NCBI GenBank assembly: GCA_052146595.1
Contig: JBKQMT010000174.1
Coordinates: 10,370 to 74,369, forward strand
DNA length: 64,000 nucleotides
Direction of reading: 5' to 3'
Origin: Acidimicrobiales bacterium
Lineage (GTDB): Bacteria; Actinomycetota; Acidimicrobiia; Acidimicrobiales; Bog-793
Position 1 is the stretch's first letter. Each line of letters opens with the position of its first letter. A program made the position numbers and the translations under genes. Shown here piece after piece: positions 9,143-18,358 of this stretch. The notes beneath the pieces were generated by a model that had not been told where the DNA came from, ran no database searches, and saw only the letters and a program-made list of their open reading frames with translations.

Positions 9143-9916
9143 ATGAGCACCGCTACCAGGGTCATCCCGACCCAGCTGACGGTGCGCGAGATCGCCTCGC
9201 TCATCGACCACTCGCTGCTGCGCCCCGAGCTCACCGATGACGACGTTCGCCGCGGTTGCGCGCTCGCCGACCAGTACTGCACGTGGTCGGTCAGCGTGAG
9301 ACCGGCAGACGTCGTATTGGCCGTGCACCTGCTCGCAGGTACGAATGTGACCGTCGGGACCGTCGTCGGCTTCCCGCACGGGCACTCGACGACGGAGGGC
9401 AAGCTCTTCGAGGCGCGCCGAGCCTTCGAGGACGGGGCACGCGAGATCGACATGGTGATCAACATCGGGGCTCTCCGCAGCGGGAAGTACGACTACGTCG
9501 AGGACGAGATCGCCCAGCTCGTCCAGGCCACCCACTCGGCGCACGGCCTGCTCAAGGTGATCCTCGAGAACGCCTATCTCAGCGACGAGCAGATCGTGGA
9601 AGGCAGTCGGCTCGGCGAACGCGCCGGCGCCGATTTCGTCAAGACCTCGACGGGCTTCGCCCCCGGTGGTGCGACCGTGCACGGCCTGCTGCTCATGGCC
9701 GGGGCCACCTCGCCGAAGGTGCAGATCAAGGCGGCAGGCGGAGTTCGCACCCTGGACCGGCTGCTCGAGCTGGTCGCCATCGGAGTGACGAGATTCGGCG
9801 CAACAGCGACGGCTGCCATCTTGGACGAGGCGACGGAGAGCAGTGGCGACGGCGCAGCCATCCCCGTTCCGCCTGCACCCAGGGAGGAAGACGCCGCCGC
9901 CGACGCGACCTACTGA
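9143..9916 (+). CDS. deoC: Deoxyribose-phosphate aldolase
   Basis: IDHSLLRPE...VGTVVGFPHG...REIDMVINIG...KVILE...GADFVKTSTGF...KAAGGVR, the canonical DeoC pattern including the Schiff-base Lys context. Confidence 0.9.
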   Translation: MSTATRVIPTQLTVREIASLIDHSLLRPELTDDDVRRGCALADQYCTWSVSVRPADVVLAVHLLAGTNVTVGTVVGFPHGHSTTEGKLFEARRAFEDGAREIDMVINIGALRSGKYDYVEDEIAQLVQATHSAHGLLKVILENAYLSDEQIVEGSRLGERAGADFVKTSTGFAPGGATVHGLLLMAGATSPKVQIKAAGGVRTLDRLLELVAIGVTRFGATATAAILDEATESSGDGAAIPVPPAPREEDAAADATY

Positions 9917-10003
9917 GCTCGGCTGCCGGACGGCCGCGGGGCCACTCCCTTCGGCGACCACTGCGGCGGGCGGTGCTGAGGCGACGGTCTTCTTCGCGAT
10001 GAT

Positions 10004-10588
10004 GTGGCGGTGGACCCGATAGATCGCCCCGAGGCCATTCCGGAACCCCCCGAGTTGAGCGACGGGCAGGTCCTGCTTCGCGCCTGGACGTATTACGACC
10101 TGCCTTGTATCGAGGAGGCAAGCCGGGACCCGGCCATCCCCGCCGGCACGAGCGTGCCGAGCCCGTTCTCCAATGAGGCCGGTCTCGCTTTCATCGAGCG
10201 GCAGTGGCAGCTCTCGGTGTCGGGTGAGGGACTCAGTCTCGCGATCGCAGAGGTAACCGCCGACACCGCCGTCGGCTCGGTGTGCCTTCTCCACCGCCAG
10301 GAGCCGGGCGTTGTCGGTGTCAGTTACTGGACGGTGGGGAGCCGCCGCCGCCGGGATCTGGCTCGCCGGGGCCTCATCTTGTTGAGCCGATGGGCGTTGG
10401 GCCTGCCGGCCGTCGCCCGGCTGGAGGCACTCGCCCAGCCGGACAACGCGGGATCGGTCCGGGTCCTGGAGGCTGCGGGCTTTCGTCGCGAGGGCCTGCT
10501 GCGGTCATACCTCGCCCTGCCCATGACCCGCGCCGACGCCTTGCTCTACTCGATGATCCCAGCGGACCTCGGGTCTTCGACCCGCTGA
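10004..10588 (+). CDS. GNAT N-acetyltransferase (RimJ/RimL-like)
   Basis: LLRAWTYYDLPCIEEASRDP...YWTVGSRRRRDLARRGLILLSRWAL...NAGSVRVLEAAGFRREGLLR. Confidence 0.7.
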   Translation: MAVDPIDRPEAIPEPPELSDGQVLLRAWTYYDLPCIEEASRDPAIPAGTSVPSPFSNEAGLAFIERQWQLSVSGEGLSLAIAEVTADTAVGSVCLLHRQEPGVVGVSYWTVGSRRRRDLARRGLILLSRWALGLPAVARLEALAQPDNAGSVRVLEAAGFRREGLLRSYLALPMTRADALLYSMIPADLGSSTR

Positions 10589-10908
10589 CGGAGCCCCGCG
10601 GGAGGAGGTCGCCGAGGCCGGAACCCTCCGGTATCGCGCGGACAGCTCAGGAGCCTCCGCCGAAGGCCGAGCGCGACGTCGCGTCCATAGGCGGCCAGAC
10701 CCTCGCGCGAGACCGCCCCGTCGAGACGGCCGAGCGAGGCGGCAAAGCCGCTGCTGGTTGTGGCCAGTGCCGGAAAGCCCAAGGCGGCAAGTGCCCGCGC
10801 GGATCCGGGGTCCCACGGGTTGAACATGATCAACGGCGATCCCGGACGGTGCAGCGCCAGGAACAGCCCGACCGAGACGCGCTCACGAGACGGCTGATGT
10901 CTGGTCAA
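10546..10908 (-). pseudogene. Relic (about the first 75 codons) of a PEP-mutase/isocitrate-lyase-superfamily gene (2-methylisocitrate-lyase-like)
   Basis: LHRPGSPLIMFNPWDPGSARALAALGFPALATTSSGFAASLGRLDG matches the N-terminus of this roughly 260-300 aa family. Similarity stops near nt 10670, and the rest of the ORF is Arg/Pro-rich and overlaps the GNAT gene's 3' end. Confidence 0.55.
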
Positions 10909-11386
10909 AAGGCGGCTGCCAAGCCCGAGAGGCGACGGCGAGGGCGTTCCAGGCGTTGATCGTGACGATCAGCCCGAGCAAGGCTCCGATCTCGTCCTGA
11001 CTGAACTGAGCAGCGACCTCCTCGTAAGCCTCGACCGGGACGTGGCTCTGCGCGACGAGGGTCACTGTCTCGGTGAAGGCCAGCGCTGCCCGCTCGCGGT
11101 CGGTGAAAAACGGCGCCTCGCGCCACACCGGGAGCGCGTAGATCCGTTGCTCGCTCTCGCCGATGGCCCGGGCGTCCTTGGTGTGGGTGTCGACGCAGTA
11201 GGCGCAGCCGTTCAGCTGTGAGGCGCGGGTGCGGACGAGCTCGCGAAGTCGCGGGTCGAAGTCGACCTGGTCGAGTTGCTTGACCGACGCCTTGTCGAGC
11301 TGGCTCATCGCCTTGGTGAAGATCGAAGCGTGCGCGTCGACATCGAGACGAACAGGGATGGTGTGAGTGGTTTCCATGCGTTTCAC
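10883..11386 (-). CDS. Carboxymuconolactone decarboxylase-family (AhpD-like) protein
   Basis: ASQLNGCAYCVDTHTKDA (CxxC-containing AhpD/CMD core). Confidence 0.8.
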   Translation of the reverse strand: MKRMETTHTIPVRLDVDAHASIFTKAMSQLDKASVKQLDQVDFDPRLRELVRTRASQLNGCAYCVDTHTKDARAIGESEQRIYALPVWREAPFFTDRERAALAFTETVTLVAQSHVPVEAYEEVAAQFSQDEIGALLGLIVTINAWNALAVASRAWQPPFDQTSAVS

Positions 11387-11424
11387 GCTAGGGCCAGATA
11401 GGACCGCGAGTAAGGTCCAATTCC

Positions 11425-12813
11425 ATGGCAGAAACGTGGGCCATTTGCGGTGTCGACCTCCACGTCGAGCTCGGCCGGACTCGAGTGCGCGAGTCGCTCG
11501 AACGCGCTCTTCGCGAGGCCGTGCAAAGTGGGCGACTCGTCTCCGGCACGCTCCTGCCGCCCTCGCGCACCCTGGCGAGTGATCTCGGCCTCGCCCGCAA
11601 CACGGTTGCCGAGGCTTATGCCCAGCTCGTGGCCGAAGGCTGGCTGACTTCCCGCCAAGGCTCGGGCACCCGGGTCGCGGAGCGGGGCGCCGAGCCGCGA
11701 CCGTCGCCCGGCTCCCCGGTGGCGCGGCCGCCTGCAGTCCGCTACGACCTGCGCCCCGGATACCCAGATGTCACAAGCTTCCCTCGGGGCGAATGGCTGG
11801 CAGCCGATCGCGCGGCACTTTCGCGGGCGCCAGCTGAGGCGTTCGGCTACGGCGACCCACGCGGACGCCCGGAGCTGCGCGCCGCGCTGGCCGGTTATCT
11901 TGCCCGTGCTCGTGGCGTTTGGGTGTCCCCAGACACCGTCGTCGTTTGCTCCGGTTTCAGCCAGGCACTCTGGCTCCTGGGCCGGGTGATGCGAAGCGAG
12001 GGCCGGTCGACGATCGGCGTCGAGTCCTACGGCCATCGGCACCACCGGGAGCTCTTGGCCGACACGGGCCTGCAGGTCGTAGGGCTGCCGGTTGACGGCC
12101 ACGGCGCCCGACCGGCCGATCTCGAACGACTCGATGCCGTGTTGTTGACACCGGCCCACCAGTTCCCCCTCGGCGTCGCCCTGGAGTCGGCGCGGCGCAC
12201 GCGCTTCGTGCAGTGGGCCTCGACCTCGGGCGCGCTCGTGATCGAGGACGACTACGACGGCGAGTTCCGCTACGACCGCCGAGCTGTAGGGGCGATGCAG
12301 GCCCTCTCGCCGGACCGAGTCGTCTACGCCGGCACCGCGAGCAAGACACTGGCCCCGGGGTTGCGCCTGGCGTGGCTGGTGGTCCCCGCAGACCTCGTCG
12401 CCAAGCTTGTCGAGCAGCGCTCGCTCGTCGACCGTCACTCCGCGGTCTTGGACCAGCTGACCATGGCCGAGTTCATCAACTCCGGCCGCTACGACAGGCA
12501 CGTGCGCCGCTCGCGGCTCGCATACCGCCGGCGACGGGACCGCCTCCTCGCCACCCTCTCACGCAAAGCGCCGGACGTCACCGTGCACGGGCTGCCCGCG
12601 GGCCTGCACGCCGTGGTTGGCCTACCTGCTGGCGACAACGAGGCCGACGTCGTCGCCCGGGCAGCGGCACGGGGACTGGCCCTCGAGGGGCTGAGCGGCT
12701 ACGCGGTCGAACCTGACGAACGGCCACCGGCGCTCGTCGTCGGCTACGCCACCCCGCCGGCACACGCCTACACGGGCGCGCTGGCACGACTCTGCGCCAC
12801 GCTGGCCGAGTGA
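11425..12813 (+). CDS. MocR/PdxR-type regulator (GntR wHTH fused to an aminotransferase-fold domain)
   Basis: N-terminal LPPSRTLASDLGLARNTVAEAYAQLVAEGWL, followed by an approximately 350-aa class-I aminotransferase-like domain (YGDPRG...SKTLAPGLRLAWLV). Confidence 0.85.
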   Translation: MAETWAICGVDLHVELGRTRVRESLERALREAVQSGRLVSGTLLPPSRTLASDLGLARNTVAEAYAQLVAEGWLTSRQGSGTRVAERGAEPRPSPGSPVARPPAVRYDLRPGYPDVTSFPRGEWLAADRAALSRAPAEAFGYGDPRGRPELRAALAGYLARARGVWVSPDTVVVCSGFSQALWLLGRVMRSEGRSTIGVESYGHRHHRELLADTGLQVVGLPVDGHGARPADLERLDAVLLTPAHQFPLGVALESARRTRFVQWASTSGALVIEDDYDGEFRYDRRAVGAMQALSPDRVVYAGTASKTLAPGLRLAWLVVPADLVAKLVEQRSLVDRHSAVLDQLTMAEFINSGRYDRHVRRSRLAYRRRRDRLLATLSRKAPDVTVHGLPAGLHAVVGLPAGDNEADVVARAAARGLALEGLSGYAVEPDERPPALVVGYATPPAHAYTGALARLCATLAE

Positions 12814-12867
12814 AACCGAGGCAGAGGTTGACCGAGGAGGAGAGCCGGTGATGAGGACGACCCGGTC

Positions 12868-15405
12868 TCAACCGTGCTCGAGACCCAGCGTCGCCCATGC
12901 GGGTGCGCCGGCCTCGTCCGAGGCCGCGAGGTCCACCTCGGCGACGATGGCCGCGTCGTGCCAGCCCTCCGGGTCGTCGAGGACCTGGCGCACCAGCCAC
13001 CGGCGCGGCTGCTCGGTGAGGTCGAACAACGCCGCGCCACGGGCCTCCGGTCCCGTGCCGAGGCTGGAATGGACCGAGAAGTAGCGCTCGATCGCCTCGG
13101 ACCAGGAAGTGGCGTCCAAGCCTTCGGCCGCCTCGGCCTCGGCGAGGCCGGCGACGTCGCGCCTTGCGAAGAGCTCGACGCGGCGGAAAGCGGCGTTGCG
13201 CACCATGACCTTGAAAGCCCGGGCATTCGCGGTGACGGGCGGCGGTGCGGCGGCCTCACCGCTCAGTTCCATGCCGACCTCGGCGACGGCCTGCTCGAGC
13301 GAGGCGCTCGCCGCGGCGGCAGCGAGGTGCTCCCACTCGTCGATGAGGCTCGAGTCGACCTGGCGGACGAGCTCGCCCAGCCACTCCGTGACGTCGAGGA
13401 GCTCCTCGGTCTTGAGATCCTCGGGGACGTTGCGGATGAGGCCCTTGTAGACGTCGGACAAGTAGCGGAGCAGGAGGCCTTCGGAACGGGTCAGGCCGTA
13501 GTGGGCGACGTACTCGGCAAACGTCATCGCCCGCTCGTAGAGGTCGCGGGCCACCGACTTCGGCTGGATGTTGTAGTCCGCAGCCCAGGGATGGACCACC
13601 CGGTAGGCGTCGAACAGGTCGTAGGTCCAGTCGCGCAGCGGCTTCGGGTACTCGAGCTTGTCAAGGGCCTCGATCCGTTCCTCGTACTCGACGCCTGCGG
13701 CCTTGAGCGCCGCCAGCGCCTCGGCCCTCACGCGCTCGAGTTGTGCCGCCAGCACGGGGCCAGGATTGACGAGTGTGGCCTCGACGATGCTCAACACGTC
13801 GAGGGACCAGGTCGCCGCCGACCGCTCGAGGCGGGGGACGGCCTCGAGGACGAACGGGCTGAGCGGGCTGTCGAGGGCGAAATCGGTCTGCAGCTCACGG
13901 GTGACGCGGACCCGCCGACCCTGCTCGTCGGGGACCTCGAGGCGCTCGAGCGCCCCGGCGGCGACGAGCGAGCGGTAGATCGCGATGCACTGGCGCACGA
14001 GACGGCGCTGCACCGGGCGCGGCTCGTCGTTGTCGGTCACGAGCTCCGCGAGCGCGGCGCAGCCGTCACCGGGGCGGTCGAGCACGTTGAGCAGCGTCGC
14101 GTGGTTGACCCGGAGCTGGGACACGAGTGGCTCGGGCGGAGAGGCGACGAGCCTGTCGAACACGGCCTCGTCCCAGGCGACAAAACCCTTGGGCGGCTTG
14201 GACTTGACGAGCTTTCGGGTCCGGCGAACGTCCCCGGCGACCTTTTTCGCAGCCTGCTCGTTCTCGATCACGTGCTCGGGGGCCTGCACGACGACGAGGC
14301 CCGAGGAGTCGTAGCCAGGGCGCCCTGCTCGCCCGGCGATCTGGTGAAGCTCTCGGGCGCTCAACAGGCGCGAGACGGACCCGTCGTACTTGGCGAGACC
14401 GGAGAGGACGACCGTGCGCAACGGCAGGTTGACCCCGACGCCGAGGGTGTCGGTCCCGACGACGACGCGCAGCAGGCCGGCCTTGGTCAACCGCTCGACC
14501 AGGCGGCGGTACTTCGGCAGCATCCCCCCGTGATGGACCCCGATGCCGTGGTGGAGAAGGCGGGCGAGGGTCCGCCCAAAGCCGGGAGCGAAACGGAACC
14601 CGGCGAGCGCGGCTGCGAGCGCTTCCCGGTCGGGCCGGGTCGTCACCTGGGCCGAGGTGAGCGCCTGGGCGTGAGTCAGCACCTGGGCCTGGGTGAAGTG
14701 GACGACGTAGAGCGGAGCCAGATCGGCGGCGAGGAGCGACTCGATCGTCTCGTTGAGTGGCGTGCGCCGGTACTCGAAACGGAGCGGGACCGGCCGGGCG
14801 GCGGAGCGCACGACCGCCACCGGGCGACCCGTCCGGCGGGCAAGGCCCTTTTCGATCGTGCTCGTGTCGCCGAGGGTGGCCGACATAAGGACGAACTGCG
14901 CTCCGGTCAGTTCGAGAAGGGGAACCTGCCAGGCCCAGCCTCGGTCGGGGTCGCCGTAGAAGTGGAACTCGTCCATCACGACCTGGTCGATTGGTGTGGC
15001 CGCGCCGGCGCGAAGCGCCATGTTGGCGACGATCTCGGCGGTGGCGCACACGACAGGGGCGGAGGGGTTGATCGAGGCGTCGCCGGTCAGCATGCCGACG
15101 TTCTCGGCGCCGAGGTCACCGCAGAGGGCGAAGAATTTCTCCGAGACGAGGGCCTTCACCGGTGCGGTGTAGAACGAGCGCATCCCGGCGGCGAGCGCGG
15201 CGATGTGGGCGCCGAGGGCGATCAGGCTCTTGCCCGAGCCGGTGGGCGTGTTCACGATCACGTGCGCACCCGAGAACACCTCGAGCAGTGCCTCCTCCTG
15301 GGCCGGGTAGAGGGCAAAGCCCGCCTCGGCCGTCCAGGTGAGAAACGCAGCGAAGGCGTCGTCCTGCCGGCCGGTGACCGGGGCGAGATCGAAGCGGGAT
15401 GACAT
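12868..15405 (-). CDS. DEAD/DEAH-box helicase with a DUF3516-type C-terminal region
   Basis: NTPTGSGKSLIA (motif I), MDEFHFYGD (motif II), SATLG, HHGGMLPKYR, QIAGRAGRPG. I use the internal ATG at 15405 (MSSRFDL...). The upstream 198 codons of the track ORF are Arg-rich shadow sequence. Confidence 0.85.
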   Translation of the reverse strand: MSSRFDLAPVTGRQDDAFAAFLTWTAEAGFALYPAQEEALLEVFSGAHVIVNTPTGSGKSLIALGAHIAALAAGMRSFYTAPVKALVSEKFFALCGDLGAENVGMLTGDASINPSAPVVCATAEIVANMALRAGAATPIDQVVMDEFHFYGDPDRGWAWQVPLLELTGAQFVLMSATLGDTSTIEKGLARRTGRPVAVVRSAARPVPLRFEYRRTPLNETIESLLAADLAPLYVVHFTQAQVLTHAQALTSAQVTTRPDREALAAALAGFRFAPGFGRTLARLLHHGIGVHHGGMLPKYRRLVERLTKAGLLRVVVGTDTLGVGVNLPLRTVVLSGLAKYDGSVSRLLSARELHQIAGRAGRPGYDSSGLVVVQAPEHVIENEQAAKKVAGDVRRTRKLVKSKPPKGFVAWDEAVFDRLVASPPEPLVSQLRVNHATLLNVLDRPGDGCAALAELVTDNDEPRPVQRRLVRQCIAIYRSLVAAGALERLEVPDEQGRRVRVTRELQTDFALDSPLSPFVLEAVPRLERSAATWSLDVLSIVEATLVNPGPVLAAQLERVRAEALAALKAAGVEYEERIEALDKLEYPKPLRDWTYDLFDAYRVVHPWAADYNIQPKSVARDLYERAMTFAEYVAHYGLTRSEGLLLRYLSDVYKGLIRNVPEDLKTEELLDVTEWLGELVRQVDSSLIDEWEHLAAAAASASLEQAVAEVGMELSGEAAAPPPVTANARAFKVMVRNAAFRRVELFARRDVAGLAEAEAAEGLDATSWSEAIERYFSVHSSLGTGPEARGAALFDLTEQPRRWLVRQVLDDPEGWHDAAIVAEVDLAASDEAGAPAWATLGLEHG

Positions 15406-15489
15406 GGGCCTTCCACTTTGCCGCACTTGCGAGCGGCCGCGCACCGCGGCGCCCAGCAGCTTTCCCGTGATTCGTGGGACGCTTGCAAA

Positions 15490-15852
15490 GTGGAGGCTGC
15501 GCGGGTCGACCGGTGGCTGTGGGCGGTGCGTGCCACCCCGACGCGTGCAGCCTCGACCGCGCTTTGCCGAGCCGGCCACGTCAAGGTGAACGAGAGCGCG
15601 GCGAAGCCTTCGACGACGGTGCGCCCCGGTGACACGGTCACGGCCCGCGTCGGCGATCGGCTGCGGGTGCTCGAGGTTGTCAGAGCGATCGACAAGCGCG
15701 TCGGGGCGCCCATCGCCGCCGGGTGCCTGGTCGATCACAGCCCGCCACCGCCCCCGAAAGAGATCCGCCTTCCGGGTCTGGTCCGCGACCCGTCCTCGGG
15801 GCGCCCGACGAAGAAGGACCGGCGCCAGATCGACCGTTTGCGCGGACGCTGA
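15490..15852 (+). CDS. S4-domain RNA-binding protein (Hsp15/HslR-like)
   Basis: RVDRWLWAVRATPTRAASTALCRAGHVKVNESAAKPSTTVRPGDTV. The start is uncertain (GTG at 15490, or the track start at 15418). Confidence 0.65.
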   Translation: MEAARVDRWLWAVRATPTRAASTALCRAGHVKVNESAAKPSTTVRPGDTVTARVGDRLRVLEVVRAIDKRVGAPIAAGCLVDHSPPPPPKEIRLPGLVRDPSSGRPTKKDRRQIDRLRGR

Positions 15853-15934
15853 ATCGGCGAGGCCATGCCCTTCGGGCCGGAAGCTCGACAGCGCACGCGC
15901 CCGAGCGGTGTCCGCGCTGCGGCAAGATGTGCCG

Positions 15935-16777
15935 GTGACCGGACGCAGGTTCCTCACGTGGCTGACGCGAAGCGGTGCCTTGCGGGTGCCGCAGATCACC
16001 GTCTGGTTCTGGGTGATAAAGGCCTTGTCGACGGCGATGGGCGAGGCGACCTCGGACTACTCGGTCCATCGGCTGAATCCCAAGCTGGCCGTCTGCCTGG
16101 GCTTCGTCGGCTTCGTCGTCGCCCTGGTGCTGCAGTACTCGAGGCACCGCTACATCGCGTGGACCTACTGGCTGGCGGTCGTCATGGTGGGCGTGTTCGG
16201 CACCATGGCTGCCGATGTCCTCCATGTCGGCTTCGGCGTCCCGTACGCGATCTCGAGCGGCCTCTATGGCGTCGTGCTGCTGGCCGTGTTCCTCGGTTGG
16301 CAGAAGACCGAGAAGACCTTGTCGATCCACAGCGTCGACACCCCTCGCAGGGAGGCGTTCTACTGGGCCTCGGTGGTGGCGACTTTCGCCCTCGGGACGG
16401 CGGTGGGGGACTTGACGGCGACGACGTTCCATCTGGGCTACCTGGCTTCAGGCTTGATGTTCTTAGGTCTGATCCTTGTTCCCGCCGTCGGATACCGGCG
16501 CTTCGGCTGGAACGCGATCCTCACGTTCTGGTTCGCCTATGTCGTCACTCGTCCGATCGGAGCCTCGTTCGCGGACTACATGGGCAAGCCCCGGATCGTC
16601 GGAGGCCTGGGCTGGGGCGACGGGAGGGTGGCCGTGGTGCTGACGATCGTCATCTTCTGTCTGGTCGCCTTCCTCGCCATCACCCGGGCGGACGTGCAGC
16701 GCTCCCCGGTCGTGGCTCGAGCCGGAGCCGAGGAGGGACTACCGGTCGCCAAGCCCTCGTCCGAGGGTGCCGGCTGA
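15935..16777 (+). CDS. Polytopic membrane protein of unknown function (COG4705-like)
   Basis: About 8 hydrophobic segments (ITVWFWVIKALSTAMGEATSDY...). GTG at 15935. The upstream part of track ORF 15629.. is Arg-rich and overlaps the S4 gene. Confidence 0.6.
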   Translation: MTGRRFLTWLTRSGALRVPQITVWFWVIKALSTAMGEATSDYSVHRLNPKLAVCLGFVGFVVALVLQYSRHRYIAWTYWLAVVMVGVFGTMAADVLHVGFGVPYAISSGLYGVVLLAVFLGWQKTEKTLSIHSVDTPRREAFYWASVVATFALGTAVGDLTATTFHLGYLASGLMFLGLILVPAVGYRRFGWNAILTFWFAYVVTRPIGASFADYMGKPRIVGGLGWGDGRVAVVLTIVIFCLVAFLAITRADVQRSPVVARAGAEEGLPVAKPSSEGAG

Positions 16778-16802
16778 GCACGGTCGCGCCCGTCGTCGAG
16801 GG

Positions 16803-17243
16803 ATGGCTCCGATAGCGTCTGTCGCCATGGACGGCGACGCTCCTCCCGCTCAGGTCTGGCCCACCCTGCGGGCCGATTACGCAAGAGGCCTCATCAGGTT
16901 CCTCGTCGAGGCGTTCGGTTTCGAAGAGGTTGTCGTCTACACAGAGGGTGACCGCGTGCACCACGCGCAGCTGGCCTGGCCTCTCGGCGGAGGCATCATG
17001 CTTGGCAGCGCCCGCACGGGTGAGGACGATCCCTGGCGGTTGCAGCCGGGCTCCTTCGGTGCCTACGTGGTGACCGACGATCCCGACCGGCTCCATGAGA
17101 GAGCTGTCGCCGCCGGTGCCGAGATCATCGTCCCCCTGCACGACACCGACTACGGGTCGAGGGACTTCTCCGCCCGCGACCTCGAGGGCAACCGCTGGTC
17201 TTTCGGCACCTACCGCGGAGAGCCTGTTCGCGGCGCACCATGA
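16803..17243 (+). CDS. VOC/glyoxalase-bleomycin-resistance-family protein
   Basis: LIRFLVEAFGFEEVVVY...HAQLAWPLGGGIML...YGSRDFSARDLEGNRWSFGTY. The start is uncertain (16767, 16803 or 16827). Confidence 0.7.
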   Translation: MAPIASVAMDGDAPPAQVWPTLRADYARGLIRFLVEAFGFEEVVVYTEGDRVHHAQLAWPLGGGIMLGSARTGEDDPWRLQPGSFGAYVVTDDPDRLHERAVAAGAEIIVPLHDTDYGSRDFSARDLEGNRWSFGTYRGEPVRGAP

Positions 17244-18358
17244 CCGGCCGTAGCGGGGTGACTCGTTTCCCGTTGCCGACCTTGCTTTCCCAGGCGCTCG
17301 TCGCCTTCACGATCGAGTTCGACAACGAGTCCGAGCACCAGATGGAGCACCGGACGACAACCGGTGCCGCCTCGGGCTCGCGCCATGGCCCCTGGCTCAC
17401 CTCCCAGGCAATGTGGGCGAATTTCATGCAGTTCATCCCCGAGCAGGGGGTGCCCTTGCGCGATGTGGAGGGCTTGGCGCGCATCACGAACCTGGCGGGC
17501 CTGCAGAGGTGGAGGTACGTGGACCTGGCGCCGGACCCGGCAGACGAGCGAGCAGATCCCCCGCGCCGTGACTGGCTCGTCCGGCCCACCAGGGCGGGGA
17601 GGAGGGCACAGGCGATATGTCGGCCCCTGGCGAACGTTGTCGAGGAGCGGTGGCGTGCCCGCTTCGGCGGGGACGTGGTCGGCAGGCTCCGGGAGTCTCT
17701 GCAGATGTTCGCCGGCCGGTCCGAGCTCGAGCTGCCCCAGTACCTGCCCGTGGTGGCCCACGCCATGTTCGCCGGGATCGAGAGGCTGCAGGGCGCAGTG
17801 GCGCCGGCGGGCTTCGGCGTCCCCGCCACCGGTGCCGATCTCTCCACCCTCTTGTCCCAGGTGCTGCTGATGTTCACCGTCGAGTTCGAGCGCGAGTCGA
17901 AGCTTTCCCTGCCGATCAGCGCCAACGCCCTGCGCGTCCTCGAGGAGAAGGGCACTCGTGTCCGGGACCTTCCCCGCCTGACGGGGGTATCCAAGGAGGC
18001 GATCGCCATGTCCGTGGGCTTCCTCGAACGCCACGGCTGTGTCCTCGTCGAGCCAGATCCGGCCGGCACCCGGGGCAAGGTCGTCCGCCTGACCCCGAAG
18101 GGACACAAGGCTCAGGAGAAGTACCGGCGGATCCTCGGCGACACCGAGGCCCAGTGGCGGGCGCGCTTTGGCGACGATGACGTCGCGAGCCTCCGGGCGC
18201 CGCTCGAGCAACTGGTCGGCGATCCGGCACAGCCGTCACCTTTGCTGCAAGGGCTGCAGCCTTACCCGGAGGGGTGGCGGGCGTCGGTGCGCAGACCCGA
18301 GACGCTGCCGCACTATCCGATGGTGCTGCACCGGGGCGGGTATCCCGACGGCAGCTGA
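17240..18358 (+). CDS. Tandem-duplicated MarR-like winged-helix regulator
   Basis: Two homologous halves (LLSQALVAFTIEFDNESE... and LLSQVLLMFTVEFERESK...). The second carries a clear wHTH (LPRLTGVSKEAIAMSVGFLERHGCV). ATGA overlap with the VOC gene stop. Confidence 0.65.
   Translation: MTGRSGVTRFPLPTLLSQALVAFTIEFDNESEHQMEHRTTTGAASGSRHGPWLTSQAMWANFMQFIPEQGVPLRDVEGLARITNLAGLQRWRYVDLAPDPADERADPPRRDWLVRPTRAGRRAQAICRPLANVVEERWRARFGGDVVGRLRESLQMFAGRSELELPQYLPVVAHAMFAGIERLQGAVAPAGFGVPATGADLSTLLSQVLLMFTVEFERESKLSLPISANALRVLEEKGTRVRDLPRLTGVSKEAIAMSVGFLERHGCVLVEPDPAGTRGKVVRLTPKGHKAQEKYRRILGDTEAQWRARFGDDDVASLRAPLEQLVGDPAQPSPLLQGLQPYPEGWRASVRRPETLPHYPMVLHRGGYPDGS

Noticed and set aside
10311-10336. PafBC/RecA-independent promoter-like string TTGTCGGTG-N8-TGGACG.
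   Set aside because: It lies inside the GNAT coding sequence, and the -10 position does not fit TAnnnT.
12874-15402. 842-aa plus-strand ORF antisense to the helicase gene. Similar long shadows occur at 59019..62267 (+), 33611..35236 (+), 21619..22932 (+), 9044..10294 (-), 52682..54319 (-), 53806..55146 (-) and 11383..12501 (-).
   Set aside because: All are Arg/Gly/Pro/Asp-rich with no recognisable motifs. Each lies exactly opposite a gene with strong family motifs. Such stop-free antisense frames are expected in high-GC DNA.
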